DNA of 49,897 bases from a virus: UHGV virus genome UHGV-0143838, one strand, 5' to 3'. Position 1 is the first letter of the stretch; every line of letters begins with the position of its first letter. The position numbers and the translations under genes were made by a program. The notes beneath the pieces are model-generated. The model saw nothing but the letters and a program-made list of their open reading frames with translations. It searched no databases and was not told the origin of the DNA. Positions 48,798 to 49,897 of this stretch are shown one piece after another.

Positions 48798-48828
48798 AAA
48801 TAAAAACAAAAACCCGCCGAAGCGGGTT
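48798..48828 (-). terminator. intrinsic terminator of the hok transcript
   Basis: Minus strand AACCCGC-uucg-GCGGGUU followed by UUUUUGUUUUUAUUUU. Confidence 0.65.
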
Positions 48829-48896
48829 AAGTGCGGGTGCGTTGAGGATGCCTGACACATCAGAGGTGGCGAGGGATTTCTCCCCCGCCTGGTCTC

Positions 48897-49052
48897 TTAC
48901 TCCTCAGGTTCGTAAGCTGTGAAGACAGCGACCTCCGTCTGGCCGGTTCGGATTCGTACCTCGCAGAGGTCTTTCCTCGTTACCAGTGCCGTCACTATGA
49001 CGGTTAAACAGATGACGATCAGGGCGATTAACATCGCCTTTTGCTGCTTCAT
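48897..49052 (-). CDS. hokD: Hok/Gef-family type I toxin (HokD/RelF-like)
   Basis: 51 aa from the internal ATG: MKQQKAMLIALIVICLTVIVTALVTRKDLCEVRIRTGQTEVAVFTAYEPEE, the Hok/Gef consensus; the longer in-frame ORF to 49109 is probably leader. Confidence 0.85.
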   Translation of the reverse strand: MKQQKAMLIALIVICLTVIVTALVTRKDLCEVRIRTGQTEVAVFTAYEPEE

Positions 49053-49515
49053 AGCCTGCTTCTCCTTGCCTTTCGGCACGTAAGAGGCTAACCTACGTTT
49101 GTGAAGCATAGATTGGGCCTCAGATTAATGTTAAACGTCTTGCAGGACGCGTAATGTTAACTGGGGCTTTTCTCTATCTGCCGTTGGTGTTCATGCCCGA
49201 GGCAGATAGCCTCAAGCACCCGCAGCAATTCTACTTAACTCACGTCACCTCGCCAATATAAAATCAATCAGAGAGGTGATTCATAAGAACGATAACAAGA
49301 CAATAAATTGCCATTACTGCCGCAATAGCCAGCGCACATTTCAGAACCAGCACGATGACCTCCCATATTTGACGTACACGCGCATGGTTCAATATGTAGC
49401 AACCTATTTCTTGCTTCAATATAAAATCAGGTATTGTTGTATAACTATTTAACTAACTCCCTATCCCCACATCTCAGGCGCTCAACGTCTGTGTGCGGGG
49501 CGTTTTTTTAATACC

Positions 49516-49599
49516 TCACATCCAGTGGCAAATCGAATACACCACCAGCGCCACCGCTATTGCAATTCCTACCGTTGTGAATGCTTCAGGCCAGGTCAT
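49516..49599 (-). CDS. unlisted 27-aa hydrophobic peptide, translationally coupled to the upstream gene
   Basis: ATG overlaps the upstream TGA (ATGA) with GGAGG RBS 9 nt upstream; MTWPEAFTTVGIAIAVALVVYSICHWM. Confidence 0.35.
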   Translation of the reverse strand: MTWPEAFTTVGIAIAVALVVYSICHWM

Positions 49600-49877
49600 C
49601 GCAAAACATCCTCCGCGCTTATCAGTTCGTTCCGCTTCAGGTAGTCCATCGCCTTCTCCGGTAATTTGCAGTCTGGATTAGCTTTTTTCAGTTGACTGAC
49701 CAGTCGTTTAACCCACATTGTTAATTCGCCAACTTGGTTACTGGATGCTAATGGATTGTCGGCTTTACCCAGAATGACAGCACAGCAGGCCTCTTTGAGA
49801 ACCCAATCAACAGCATCTTTCCATACTCCTGTTTCGACTGGTGGATTCTCACGCTTTACCTGTTCATAAAAGCGCAC
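49596..49877 (-). CDS. hypothetical protein (may extend beyond the window edge)
   Basis: 93 aa; not RelE/RelB-like by sequence; 5' end within 20 nt of the window end. Confidence 0.45.
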   Translation of the reverse strand: MRFYEQVKRENPPVETGVWKDAVDWVLKEACCAVILGKADNPLASSNQVGELTMWVKRLVSQLKKANPDCKLPEKAMDYLKRNELISAEDVLR

Positions 49878-49897
49878 GGCTTTAACCAGTCCTTCTG

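Larger units (their letters stand above)
21967..49897 (-). mobile_element. prophage (partial; continues beyond right edge): lambdoid late/lysis region, HK97-type head, Mu-like contractile tail
   Basis: Contiguous minus-strand Q, lysis, terminase, portal, protease, capsid, sheath, tube, tape measure, baseplate and fibre genes ending at the tRNA-Ser fragment. Confidence 0.9.

Noticed and set aside
49053-49109. N-terminal extension of the hok ORF (70-aa version in the ORF track)
   Set aside because: Hok proteins are about 50 aa and begin MKQ...; the upstream in-frame codons are probably leader sequence.
22728-49681. Numerous 60-200 aa ORFs on the plus strand, or in alternative minus frames, overlapping phage structural genes (for example 26706-27164, 28237-28575, 35071-35661, 35751-36248, 41615-42055)
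   Set aside because: GC-rich phage DNA produces long spurious open frames; all are nested in or antisense to contiguous, tightly coupled structural genes.

Overview
The window has two compositionally distinct parts. (1) Positions ~1-21.9 kb are an AT-rich accessory island of mostly uncharacterised genes. It carries a full-length H-NS paralogue and a truncated H-NS (H-NST-like) gene, an AlpA-family regulator, a GNAT acetyltransferase, an Mrr-like PD-(D/E)xK nuclease, a large DotA/TraY-like membrane protein, several secreted or membrane proteins and long non-coding stretches. (2) At 21905-21966 there is a 62-nt 3' fragment of tRNA-Ser(CGA) (serU-like), which I read as a phage att core. From there to the window end (which cuts it off) lies a mosaic prophage, all on the minus strand. 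In transcription order it runs: Hok-type toxin, DUF968 protein, putative Q antiterminator, lambda-like lysis cassette (holin, R-like endolysin, Rz/Rz1), HNH endonuclease, small and large terminase, HK97-type portal/protease/major capsid, then a Mu-like contractile tail module ending in a tail fibre. Three AT-rich cargo cassettes sit inside the otherwise GC-rich prophage, each bounded by hairpins or terminators. The most interesting is a 463-aa P-loop ATPase between Q and the holin (the position Stx-type cargo occupies in lambdoid phages); I regard it as the best candidate for an undescribed anti-phage or abortive-infection function. All calls rest on reading the sequence and remembered family features; no database search was run.
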